Part shown: positions 23,530 to 36,995 of the stretch, piece by piece
Position numbering within the stretch: position 1 is the first letter of the stretch
Layout of the letters: the number at the start of each line of letters is the position of its first letter
The notes under the pieces: model-generated
The model's database searches: none
Seen by the model: the letters and a program-made list of their open reading frames with translations, nothing else
What the model was told of the DNA's origin: nothing
Assembly: GCA_965645245.1 (NCBI GenBank)
Contig: OZ287071.1
Coordinates: forward strand, 992,001 to 1,056,000
Source of the DNA: Massalongia carnosa
Taxonomy: Eukaryota
DNA length: 64,000 bases
Direction of reading: 5' to 3'
Made by a program: the position numbers and the translations under genes

Positions 23530-26164
23530 ATGCCTCGTCACTTCACTCAAGTAGACTATAACGCTACATCTCCTAGTCCACATGACGTAAGTTTGGAAGC
23601 CGCGAGTACGAGCTCTTGGAACCTCGACAACGAGATCACCATGTCGCACTCTCCTTGGACAGAATGGAAACTAAACGCAAAACAGACCGACCAAAGCTTT
23701 AGCACACCGCAGAACAAGTCGAAACCTTCAGTACGTGAATCTTCAACGAGATCCCGTCAAACTCGGCAAAGTCTCGACACCGAGAAGAGTTATTTGTCCA
23801 AGTATGAGATCAACATGACGAGAATGGAAGAACTCTTCCCAGACTTTACTCAGGGAAATATCCATAGCTTTTCTGACCCTCCCAAAACACAACAAACTAC
23901 CCCGTCTGCCGAAGCAACCCTTCGAGCTTCTCTTCGACGAGACGCGAAGCTACGACAGCCATCAGCATCTACGGCCAACTCAACAACCAGAAGCACCCGC
24001 TTCACAAGCCTCACCACCCAGAAGGCATCTCAGCCAGTAATTGCCTTGCCTTCATCACCAAAACCGGTCTTACCTAACCTCAACGAACTTGTGTCGGGTA
24101 AGTTTCAAGACGGTACACCAGTCTTCTCGCCTCATGCGAAGCCTCGTGGATCTCGTTTCGTGTCAGCCTCGCAATTTGGAGACACTACCGACAAAGCAGA
24201 AGCCGCCGAGGTGGCTGAGAAGACTCCACCGCCATTCGATGAGAAGAAAATCCTTGCTTCCCTTGGCTACCTTGAAAGGAAAGTCGCAGCATTGGAGAGG
24301 AATCGAGCCCAGGATGAGATAACCATTCAACAGCTGCAGCACGAGTCTCGAACCAATAAGGAAAAGCTCAGGTGGCGTCGAAGCGACAGTGCGATAGGTT
24401 CCACCGATGGCGGTAGCGAAGGTGATGACATGGCAAGCAATCAACGCAAGCTGGTCGTAGAGAAGAATCGTAAGTATAGCCGCAAACTCGATGAAACCAG
24501 TCTCTAAGTGATATACAGGTCTCGAGACTACCGTTCGGGCATTGCAGGTCCAGGTCAATTCGCTGAATCAAGCAGCATCAGTAACTGAGACCAACCTTGG
24601 TAATGTAACAAAAGACCGTGATTCAGCCGTTGCTCAGCTAGGCGTCGCCTATTTCGCCGTGGAGCAGCTTAAAGTGCAGAATCAAACTCTTGAAGAGAGG
24701 AATGCGATGCTCAAACGGAGTGTAGATCAGCTCATTGCCAACCAGGAGGATACGACCATGGATATGACGGCTAGGGAAGAAGCTTTGGACAAAGAGCATG
24801 AGCGAAGAGCACAGATAGAGGACAAACGAATGGAACTGAAGATCCAAAAGCAACGTCGAGAAGCGATTCCAGAAAATCAAATACACGTTGCGGATCAGTC
24901 CGCCAAACTAGCACCATCCCAAGACGCACTTCCAGAGAAGCAAACACCCCTTGTAGCGCAATCAATCAAACCAGCAACGTCCGGAGACGAAGTCTCAGAG
25001 AACCAGCTACATCGTGCAGATGAACCATCTAGAACCCGATCATCATCATTGCATTCGAGCATTGCTGACGATAGCGATTCCGCAAAGGATATCACGTATA
25101 TCAGTTTTATCAACGTAAGTCCTTCGTATGATTCCAGTACTGCCAGCGCTTATTCATTGCTATGACAGACTGGAGAGCTTGGAGATCTGCGAAGAAACCT
25201 CGAAAACGAAAGAATCGCTCGCAGCAGGCAGTCAGTTTCACGTCGCCGGGTTTCAAAGACTGAATCTACCGTTAAGGAGAAGTGTGCCCCTGGAGACAGC
25301 TCACAGCGATTTGTTTATACCCAGCCGACCAGCGGTTCCGCTAAGCCTCGGCGCCGGGGTTCCAAGGCAGCTTCTGCTATCAAGGATAGAGCTTCTTCAG
25401 TAGACGGGACCCAGCAGGTGGTTTCCACCCAACACACCAGTCATTATGCCGAGCCTACTCCTGGTTGTGCGGATTCACCAGCTGTAAGCGCAGGTAGCCG
25501 CCACAGCCCTGCCAAGTCTGATAACATGACATCCGAGTGGATTGTAAACGACATTACGTTGGACTTCTCCGGGTACGAGGACCGCCCTCCACCTACGCCT
25601 TCCGGTAAGGCGGAAATACCTTACTACGAAGACTTGCCACCCGTTGTTTTTCGACGACCGGTTGAGAACGTGAACACGCATGTTGAGCAAGAGAGCACCA
25701 AAAGGTCCATTAACAGGACGAAGTCCATCCCTAAACCTAAAGTTGCTGCGAAGCGTGCACCGGAGCTTGCGGCGTATGAGGAGGAGCCGACACTTCGACC
25801 TTCCCAAAATCCAGCTCTGGCTTTGGCCTCGGTCATGAAAGCCCTTGAAGAGGAACTTGCGAAATCAAAGCGACACCTAGCTCAGTATCAGGACCTTTAC
25901 AACAATCAGAACCCTGCACTTGGAAAACGAGCGCGCAAGTCACTCAAGGAGAAGATGGAACTTTTGCTTAAGTCTATCGACCTTAAGGCGGATCATATCT
26001 ACTCACTTTATGACGTGCTCGAGGGCCAGAAGCAGACTGGCCAAGAGATGAGCAACGAAGAACTCCAACTAACCCTGCAATCGATCGGTGTTGAGACATC
26101 ATGGGAAGGGATTGATTCAACGAGCCGGAGTAACTCTACCTGTCAAAGCCGGCGCAGTTCTTGA
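23530..26164 (+). CDS. ppc89: Spindle-pole-body coiled-coil protein, Ppc89/Cep57 family; introns 24470-24518 and 25115-25168
   Basis: Two GTAAGT..CAG introns join ORFs 23452, 24542 and 25418 in frame. The C-terminus EEEPTLRPSQ.P..ALA.V...LEEEL...KADHIYSLYDVLEGQK matches the Cep57 microtubule-binding type domain; LPNLNELVSG..DGTPVF and coiled coils are also present. Confidence 0.8.
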
Positions 26165-27279
26165 GTATTTGCTATAACTTAATTTCCTTTTAGATCGACG
26201 GAGTCTTTTGATACTAGGTGGCGGAGTAGACCTTTTTACATGACGGAGTCTTGATTTTTGTCCACTACGGATTCTTGGAGTTTGGGTTCTTCGACCGGCT
26301 GAATAAGTATTTGGCGGACGATGAGTTTGGGTTGATGCATACCTAAGCCAATTCGATCTGTCCTTTGATTGACGGCGTTTGGGATCATTCGAGAATGGGA
26401 CCATGATCTCCAAGCGATGGAGTTTAGGCTTTTCTATTGGATGACGGCGTTTTCCCTTGTTTTTGACGAAATCGCAATGCTTCTACATGGATAGCAACGC
26501 CTGGATGCTTCCTTCTCCCTACTGCTTTCCTTCTGTATCCCGCAAGCATCTCTTCGACTTCCCTGAATATCGGACCTTTTCCCCTTTGAACCTTCCCTTT
26601 TGTGTTTGGTGCGTTGTTCTTCATGTTTGACTGATACTTCGGTTGATGTCCGTGGATTGAGCGACCAGTAAACGTGATCGGTTCGATGGGTTCTTTTGGA
26701 ACGAGTTTTTGCTGGCTTTGGGTTGAAGGAGAAGGCAAGAGCTCTCTCTATTGGGAATCGGCTGTAGGAACGGAGAGAGTTTTATGTTTGCTCGCAAAAG
26801 CACAGATAGGATCCTGTGGCGGAGTGATAGCTCTACATTATTATCCTGGAATAAAAATTATCAAACCGTCATATTCTCTCTCTATTCTGTGTTACTCGTG
26901 TTTACCCCCTTTTCTACCAGCGCTAAAACTACAAAGAGCGGAACAAAATCAACTCGATAATTTTCTGAAATCTTTAGTATGTAGCATCAATTCATATAGT
27001 TATAAAACTCAATTAATAGAATTTCTAGAAAATGAACATTTTCTTTCGTTATCATAATCATTGTTGTAGTTGATTTCGTATTTGTGATTAGTAGTCAGAA
27101 AGACTAATTTAGCGGCCACGTTTAGCGCTGGTGGAAAGACACGAGTATTGTTCGAAGAGTGGATGATGGTATAGACATGAATGGGAATCTCCACCATATA
27201 GATATGCCACAAAACGCCATCGCTATGCAATCAGCCCATTCCAACCTCCTCCCACACCTCCTCCCACTCCGCACTAGCT

Positions 27280-28580
27280 TCATCTCTTCCCACCCCCAAC
27301 CTCATCCCCCGCCCTAGCATCACCTCCCACCTCCTTTCCCGCCCCACCAACCCCCTCCCCCACAAAACATCCCAACCCCGCAAACGCCTCCAGCATCGCC
27401 CTCGCGCAGTACTCCGCCAAATCATACCCGCCCGCCACCATCGCCACGTCGGTGCGTGCGCGCTCTAACCATGGATGCTCGTACCCGTCGTCCCGCACGC
27501 TATGGTACACCCGCGCCACCGAGATCCCACCGAATGGGTCGTACGGCGCCACCGGCTCGGGAGTCACGACCGGCTTGAGGCCTTGGATCGTGTAGAGGCT
27601 TGGGTCGGCGCCTTCGTCGGTGAAGGGGGAATGGCCAGGTGGAAGAAAGGCATCCCCGGGAGTGGCGACGGCCGAGCGCGCTGCCTTCTCCCGTCGCGTT
27701 GTGCTTCGCTTCAGCTCCACCACCTTCTTTTTCTGCTGCTGCTGCTGCTCGTCCTGCGCGACGATGGCGTTCAATTCCGTGTCGTCCTTGCTCTCCCGGA
27801 TCTTTTCGACCAGCTCCCTTTTTTCCTGCTCCCGCCCACGGCGCTCCTCCTCCTCCTCCCTACGGGCGTCTTCGCGCCGGGCGCGCGCGGCGTCGCGCTG
27901 TGCGCCGCGCTGGGCTTCGGCGCGCGTAGATTCTTGACCGAGGAGCGCGGCGTTGCGGGCGATGGCGGCGGCGTTCTGGGCGGCGTGGGTGGAGAGGATG
28001 CGTTCGGTGGCGGGGACATCGTTGTTGTTTAGCAGGTTGAAGGTGAGGGTTTCGGTGTGTTCAAGGTAGTTGTTGTAAGCTAGAAGGCTGGTGAAGTCGG
28101 AGGGGAGGCGGTTGAAGCTTGTGGGGCGGAGAATGGGGGGTAAGTGATGGAGCTTATTTAGGGGGTGGGATAGGATGGGAGGGAGAGGGGAAACCAAAGA
28201 TCAAGGCCTTACTCACACCTGCGCCACCCTCCGTCGAATGTCCACCTCCCGCTCAATATGTATGTCGTCGAACGTCTGCTTGCGAAAGCGCTGTTTCCGC
28301 AACGTGCGCGCGCAGCCCGCCACGGGGCAGGGGGCAGGGCCTTGGCTGAAGATGCGGTCGACACATGACTCGCACATTTTGTGGTAGCATTCTGGGTTGA
28401 CGAGGAAGCGCATGTTGGGGTTTAGATAGCGCGAGGATTTGCAGACGGGGCAGATATCTGGGAGAAAGAAGGCGGGTTAGTATTTGGGGGGTAGGTTGCT
28501 TTATGGAGTGGAGAGAAATTACCGTCTTCTTCGCCTGGGCGGCGAGCGGGAGTGCCGTTGCGAGGGAGGGCGCGGGACAT
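27280..28580 (-). CDS. TFB3: TFIIH/CAK assembly factor MAT1 (RING finger); introns 28458-28522 and 28118-28216
   Basis: Spliced sequence DICPVCKSSRYLNPNMRFLVNPECYHKMCESCVDRIFSQGPAPCPVAGCARTLRKQRFRKQTFDDIHIEREVDIRRRVAQVFNR...YNNYLE; C-terminal YDPFGG and AGGY...Y..RA..EAF.GL. Confidence 0.95.
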
Positions 28581-28826
28581 TGTGGGTGGGAGGGTGGAGT
28601 CGTTGTGGTGAAGAGACGATGAGGGTCAAGAACTCCTCAAGCTCTTCGTCCGTAGGGCTGAGCGTCCGAGTAGAAGAAAGTATTGCGACTTGCTGACAAA
28701 CCCACCGCACTTCCTAGAGAGCTCTCAGTTTCCACTTCTAAACCTCAACTGGAACCTTTTTCTCGCCATATCCATGCTACGCGTTACGCTAATCAACTCG
28801 CGCTACATTCTTCCTTATACTCCAAC

Positions 28827-31212
28827 ATGGTTCAACCCCTTAGCGGTGACCTCGCTAACTTAGAAAAGCACCGCAAACACCTGGAGCAAGATGTTGTTAA
28901 GTTTCGAGAGTCACTGTTGCATTGGCAGACATGGGAGGCTGAGTATGAGGGTTTAAAGGAGGATATCTTAGGACTTGGAGAGAATCATAATGATGTTGGG
29001 CTAGTGCGGCTCCTAGGCAGACTCATTGCTATGATCTGAGCTAACCTTAATCAGAGGGAAGTTGGAACAGATTTCGGGGGAACGCTGTTAAATACCAAGG
29101 GTACGCTGCAGCCGCCATAGCAGTTAGCCGCTTAGAACCGACGCTGAGGTTATGAAGAAATCGAATCGCTATTCAAAGATGATAAGGGACAGCAGCGCAG
29201 TAGCGATCACATCGTGGGCCTGCTAAGCAGGAGAATTGACTGTAAGTCAAGATGTCGGGCAGGACCTGGTCCGCGCTGATTTTAAATAGATGTGCATGAA
29301 AATACTAAGGCTGTTCGAGCATTCTTGAAAAACGCCGAGGATAAGATCGAAGCATTGTTTGTGCTCAGCAGACCCGAGGACAGGACCGACGGGGGCCTTC
29401 CCTTGACAGAGATTCTAGAGGAGCTGGATGACGAAGGCAATATTATATGCACGTGTACAGAATTTCCCGTAGACGTAGCACCGCTAATGTTACTAGCAAG
29501 CAAAACTACCAACACTAGGGATGCTGCACCCCAAGTTTACCAAGCATTACTCAAAGCAGGTGTTAAAGGGCTTCCAGAGGATGAGTTATTAAGTGGTGTT
29601 TCAGCCGATGCTTCTAGCAAAGAAATCATTGCAGACCACTCAGCCCAAAATGGTGATGTCAGCTCAGCTCAAACTATTTCGAAGCAGGTGAAGTCCGATA
29701 AGTCAGAAAACCTGGCTCAGAATACGAGCCGAAACTCCGCTCCTGGCAAACAGCCTCGCGTCGAGAGAAAGAAGAGCGTGTCATTTGCGGAAGGCACGAA
29801 GATAGAAGATGCAACGACGTCGAAGCAGCATACTCTTCCGCATAGGCCTGCAAGTGAGGATCCGTATTGCCGTTCTCGTTATCTAACGCTGAGATTCTTT
29901 ACTAGAACAGAGTTTAGGATCTTCTAAAATACGCTCCAATGTTTCTCTCAAGCAAATGCCATTCAAGCCCAATGGGACTGTGGGTAAGGATGGAAAAATG
30001 GAAGGAGAAGAGAATGCTGTCAAAGCTACTAAATCAATTAAGAATCCTATGGATACAATGCTATCTACCAACCTTTTGGCTAAATACCCTATTGCAGCAA
30101 AGGGCGAGCAGAAAACCCCAGATACGAAGCCGTTTCCAGCAGTTATACCGCCTGACGAATCTACTGAGGACGCGCTTTTACGCCGCCAGATGATTCAATA
30201 TAATATGGAGGATATTGGCTCTGTGGTCGCGGAGATAGATCTAGATGATGAAGACTCTGATCCCTTTTCCGATGATGAAGACCACGATCGGTACGGCAGC
30301 GATACTGACAATGAAGAAGATGAATTCGGGCGTACGACGCGTAAGGTCATTGATGAGGAGTTCCGAAAAGAGATGTTGGAGCTGGAGAAGAAGTTAAATG
30401 CAACGTCAATCCAGAACCTCGGGCCCGAAGCCAGGATATCAGAGGCGGTGAAATCGGAGCCTGAGACTGAGATTACCCCCAACATGATCAACAAGAAGGC
30501 CGATGAGACCACCAATAAAAAGACAAATCAGGGGATGCAGCGGAAAGAAATCCGCCAAGAGAACATATCACCTACCAAAGAGGTTCGTTTCGCCGACGAG
30601 TTGGACATCCAGAAGGCGCCACCTCCCAATCACTATATTACCAACCTTGCCAGTAACAAACGGCAGCCCAGCCAACTTGAAAGCGAACTGCCAACATCCA
30701 AGCGTGCACCTCCACTAATTAACGCCCTCAACAACTCTTCGGAGAAAGCTGTTAGTGCCCAAAAGAAAAGGAACGGCGAGAAGGCAGAGGATCCAAAAAA
30801 GCTAGTCAAACCCCAGACCAACCCCTTAGTCAAAGTCTCAAACGAGGTGAAAACAAAGTCATCTGCCACTAAAGAAACGTATCTCACTTCCTCACTGCCC
30901 GTTTCCACACACAACCAACTACGAGCGCCCCACGCTGCGGTTGTAATCGAGCGCCCTTATTCTTCCACCACCGCAACCCCCCCGGGACCAAACGACCTTG
31001 ACTTCGACCCCGCCATCCTACATAAAAAAATCGCGACTGAATATCATCGCGTACGCAACCGCATGATGCAGCGTCAGGGTGGCTTTCTGGCCTCGGCGGA
31101 GGAGGAAGCGACTCAGGGTAAGGTAGCGCTGACAGAAGAAGAGGGCGGAGGGAAAAAGGTAAGTCGATTCAAGGCTGCGAAATTGCGGGGGATGGTGGAT
31201 CCGAGGTCATAG
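28827..31212 (+). CDS. BUD27: Unconventional prefoldin URI/Bud27 homolog, about 5 introns
   Basis: N-terminal prefoldin helix (LLHWQTWEAEYEGLKEDI ... LLSRRIDYV, GLPLTEILEELD), an acidic middle region, and C-terminal EIA.EYHR.RNRM..RQGGF-like and KKVSRFKAAKL motifs. Confidence 0.85.
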
Positions 31213-31833
31213 ATGGGAAGGAGACGTGGAGGGTGTGAAAGCATGGAACGGAAAGGGTGAAGGCCTAAGGTAGGGTTGAGCTCTGTCTCTGCTACTTCTA
31301 CCTTTCGCTGCCTGTAGCTCATTCGAAAAACCCCACCTTTTCTTTTTCCAACCAATACCTACCTCCTATTTTCTCTATCTCCAACCTCTTTTCCAACCCC
31401 CCCTTTGCAATTCCTCAACCATATTTCCCAATCAAAAACCCTCAAGGAGTCTCCCGTTACCCTCCCGTCCACACAACCTTATAAGAAAGGCTACTGCGTC
31501 GCAGTACCCCTACCTTTCTCATGAACATCCCTTCCCTGGGGGGGGGGTGACGCTTCAGCATGCGGGACTCCAAGATTAACCCCTCCTTCCCCTTCCCTCT
31601 TCGCTTTTTTTCTTTTTCTCCTCTGGGAGAAGAAACACTAGGGGTCCCGGGGGGGGGGGGGAAAGGAAGGGAGAGAGCATCTCTGAAGCCACGCCTCGGG
31701 CTCTTGGCGAGTTGCGATTATCACGGCGAAGGCTATTTCGTTTCGGCTCTCTACATTTGCTAGGCGTTGCAGGTATGGGAGGGACAGGAGAGAGGGGAAG
31801 GAAGGACGAAGGGGAGAAGGGGGAGGACCTGAT

Positions 31834-31861
31834 GATGGATGATGGATGATGGATGATGGAT
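31834..31861. repeat. (GATGGAT)x4 microsatellite in a homopolymer-rich convergent intergenic region
   Basis: Read directly; G runs near 31537 and 31649 and a T-A-C homopolymer string near 31957-31984. Confidence 0.9.
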
Positions 31862-32031
31862 TTTGCAAGAGACGTTGTTGGAGGGAAAGAAATAGGAAAG
31901 AAAAGAATGAAAAAAGGTATGGATAGATGTGCGAGAAACTAAATCAACGAAACAGATTTTTTTTTTAAAAAAAAAACCCCCCCCGCTCACCTACCGACCG
32001 CACTGACCATCGATCATTCGACGCTTCCGTT

Positions 32032-34104
32032 TCAAACGCGCCATTCCGTCCCCTCCTCCCCTTCATCCCCTTCTCCCTGCCTAATCCCCTCGAACACTAA
32101 CCCGCTAGCCGCCTATCCTCCCATGGCCACCGCCGCCAGCACCCACCACACGCCGCCCACAACCCCGGCCCTTAAACCTTCCCCGAACCCCCAGCCGCCC
32201 AGCACGGGGCCAGCGGTGCGCATGGCGCTGGTCACGCTCTGGGCGACGCCGTGCAAGGTGCCTAGCACCGAGGGGTGCGGGGAGCTGTTGTTGATGAGGA
32301 TGATGGCGGCGGGTAGGGCGAAGGTACGAGCGAGGACTTGGATGAAGAGAATGCCTGCTAGGGCCACGTAGACGAGGATTCCGGACACTTGGTGGGGCGG
32401 AGGGAGAGACGAGGGGACGAGAGCAAGGTAGGGCGCCAGGGTGTAGGCGATTGGGAAGAGGAGGAGGCTGGCGCGGAAGGAGCGGAGGGTGCCGAGCGCG
32501 GTGGAGGGTGGGGGGTAGAGCAGGAGTTGAAGGGTGATTCCGATTACGCCTAGGATGGCCATGGTGAAGCCGACGGAGGAGGGGGGCATGCCGAGCCCGC
32601 CAGCGATGTGAATGGGGAGAGATTGCGCTAGATGGGTGGGGGGCACGGGTCGAGAGGGGTTGAAGCGAGGGGTGGGGAGGAAGATGAACCAAAGGTTTTG
32701 GAAGGTGCTGATATGGAAGGCTAGGAGGCCGAACGCGAGGAGGGTGCAGATGACGTTACGAGTCCAGAGGCGGCGGATGGAGAACTTGACTTTGGATTGT
32801 TGGGAGGGGGGAGCGGGTGAATGGGGGTGGGGGGGTGTTTCGAGGTCGGAAATTATGTGGTGGGCGTGGACGGGGGATTCGGGAGTTTCGAAGGAGGGAA
32901 GACTAGCATATCGATGGCGTTGGAGGTGGAAGGCTCGTTGAAGTAGGCCGAGGATGGATTTACTAATGCGCAGCAGCCCAAGGTCAGATTTGTCACGCCG
33001 GGACTCTAACGTCTGCCATTTTTCAGCATTGAGGTAACGATTGAAAGTCTGGTAAGGAAGGGACCAACCTCCTCGAGCCCGAAAAATATCCCCATCGAGG
33101 CGCAGAGTAAGAACATGGCATTCACAAGATTAGGGAGAGCATATGGCCAATGCTTCATCCACCATACACCATCTTTCCTCCAAGGATTGACTTGTCTCCC
33201 AAGAGCCTCGGATAACTCTCCACAGGATTTGCCAGGAGACCACCCAGTATTGGACCAATGATTATGCCTGACTACCTCTCAGCCAGCGCTTAGTCGACAG
33301 GAAGCTGCACTCACCAATATTAGCGCACATGGGCAGCAAGAGAAAGGCTCGCGATTGAAATCTGAGTGTCTCGTTAGCTCGTCGGGTGGCATTTGATTGA
33401 TGACCAGACTTCTTCTCCTGTATGATCTCCAAAACCATTGTTCTTGAAACCCCAGGGTTGCCATTCATTGCACCGCCCAGAACCCGGAACAGCGTCGCCT
33501 GCACGAACGTCCTTGAGAACCCAAACCCAACACTAGAGATACAAGTTCCAAGGGTCCCGACAAGGAGCACCCGCTTCCTCCCGCCCCAGTCCGAGTCGGC
33601 GATCCCGCCCCAACCTATCGCGGTTAGGCATTGAGCGGCGGTGAAACTAGCTTGCAGCACTCCTGCCTGGGAGGATATGGTCGAGTCCGGCAGGCTCGAA
33701 TCAAAAGACTTGAGCTGGTAAAACATGTATGCTTGCAAGGATGTCTGGGATAGTGGTTCGGATAGGCGAGCGAGGGTTAAGATGGCGAGTTGCTTCTTGT
33801 TGGGAAGGTCACTCCACGAAATAGATTCATCTTTCTTACCGGACGAGACAGGAAATGAAGCTTCATCCTCCTCGATGCAGGAACGCTGGCGACCAGTGTT
33901 CAATGGGCGTGACAGCTGTTTCGGTTGCGTCTGGCCGCTGACGCCTTCATGTTTCCACCCACCATCGAGGAGTTCATCCTCATGATCGAGTTCTTGAGTA
34001 GCGGATGCGATTGTAAGCTCTTGGAGCTCAACGTCGTTCTGCGCATTAAGATGTCGAGATGTCCACTCTTGGGATGGTGATTCCTTCAGGGTATCATTCA
34101 TCAT
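32032..34104 (-). pseudogene. MFS transporter (YCR023C/ZIFL-like DHA type) with a frameshift and a premature stop; alternatively an intact gene with sequence errors
   Basis: MFS motifs QLAILTLARLSEPLSQTSLQAYMFYQL, GRKRVLL, FQSRAFLLLPM..NIG.IIGPILGG.LA.P, HWPYALPNL and PHPSVLGTLHGVAQSVTSAMRT.GP. The exon-3 frame hits TGA unless one A is added near 33175; there is an in-frame TAG at 32113-32115. Confidence 0.75.
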
Positions 34105-34151
34105 GGCGGCCCGCACGAATGAGCACTAATCTAGATCAGGCCAGACGCTAA

Positions 34152-34165
34152 GATAAGATCTTATC
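34152..34165. promoter_or_regulatory. Perfect palindrome GATAAGATCTTATC (two inverted GATA sites) upstream of the MFS gene
   Basis: 14-bp self-complementary sequence with GATAAG on both strands, about 50 bp from the ATG. Confidence 0.4.
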
Positions 34166-34816
34166 CGAGCTCATCTTGGCATTCGTCAACAACAAACAGG
34201 CACGGAGGAAGAGTAGGAGGAATTGAATACGATTGATGGGAGCAAGTAAGAAAGAAAAGAGAAAGAAAAAAACAGAGAGAGTCATAAGCACTTCTCCCCG
34301 CGATCTGAAAATAAGCAGTCTTTCCTGACTAAATCTTGCCGTAGAGTCCGCGCAAATATGATGTGCTACCTCCTCCCATGATTTTCACGGCGGTTAATTA
34401 TGTAAACTCCGGGTACTATCGCCGACAAGCGGCCCCACGATTAAACAGAGAAAGCTCTCTCGACGATCTTGCGATAATATTCATGTAATACAGGAGGTGG
34501 TGCGCTTAGATGGAGTGCCGAGGGGATGGAATGGAATGGTTAGATCAGCTGAATGGTGTTTGAAGAAAATCATATCGAGAGATAACAGTCAAAAGGGAGG
34601 AGAAAAAGGATGCCAAGACTGCCTTCTCATTTTCATGCTAGACATAGTTGGACAACTCTAACCTCTCGTCGAAAAGCATCATATGCTGAACTTGCGAGAG
34701 AGAACCAACGCTAAGGTTGGCCTTCATGCCGCAAAGCTCTTCCCACCGTGACGTACAATCGTCCTGCCGTGCTCCGTCGTGAAGTCATCATTCCGAGATC
34801 GGACGGTCCTTTCTGG

Positions 34817-36195
<1,379 letters not shown>

Positions 36196-36370
36196 TTAGA
36201 GGGGGATGAGGAAACGATGAAATAAGTTCTGGCCTGTTGAGAAGTGGGGGGTGGGGGGGAGGGGCTCTGGACTGGGTGTGGTGGGTTGTTGCATTGGTGC
36301 ATCGGTATGTACGGAGTAAGGGTATCTACCCCCAGCATCAATAATACGAGTCAGTATCGGTTAGGGTTCC

Positions 36371-36404
36371 GGTCTTTTTGGTCTTTTTGGTCTTTTTGGT
36401 CTTT
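36371..36404. repeat. (GGTCTTTTT)x3.8 tandem repeat
   Basis: Read directly. Confidence 0.9.
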
Positions 36405-36995
36405 GTGTCTAACTTGTGCGTGGTTTGAGATGGCGGGGTGGTCTGCATAAGCGAGCGAGAGCGTTAGATCTGAAACTGGAGATTCTCTGCAGGGGGCCGA
36501 TTGGAAAAGGCGACGCTAGCCACCATGACAGGTCATTAACCGTATCGAGCCCGACTGAGCAACCTCGTACCATGTCAGAACTCGATCATCTCCCACTTGT
36601 GACCAAGGGGATCGGAACCCCCTCTGCCTACTGTGTACAGTCACACCCTTTCCCTACAGAGTAGTACAAGGTACATCCGTGCAGAGTACATCCATGCAGA
36701 GTACATGGCCATGTGTCGTACGCACGTCATGGCCTTCACGACCAATGGTGGAAACAATGGAAACAACGGGACTCATCATGTGCCATTGTTACCTTGCAGA
36801 TCACGGAACGTTCAAAACTCCAGTTTCATGTTTCTACACAGAGTAAAGGGTACTGACAGGACATCCAGCCAAAGAATGCGCCCAGCCTCTAGCTAACAGA
36901 CTCCCGCTCGGAAACACCGCAAGGCTCTATTGATCAATGACCATTTGCAGAGGGAACTCGACAGTCAGATCTCTCCAGCGTGACCACCACGTTAA

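Noticed and set aside
26424..26738. 104-aa basic minus-strand ORF between PPC89 and TFB3
   Set aside because: Non-ATG start, no motif, and located in a convergent 3' UTR zone.
27475..28032. Long antisense or alternate-frame ORFs over TFB3 (similar ones over the MFS, BEM3 and HSP20 genes)
   Set aside because: Expected in GC-rich coding DNA with few stops.
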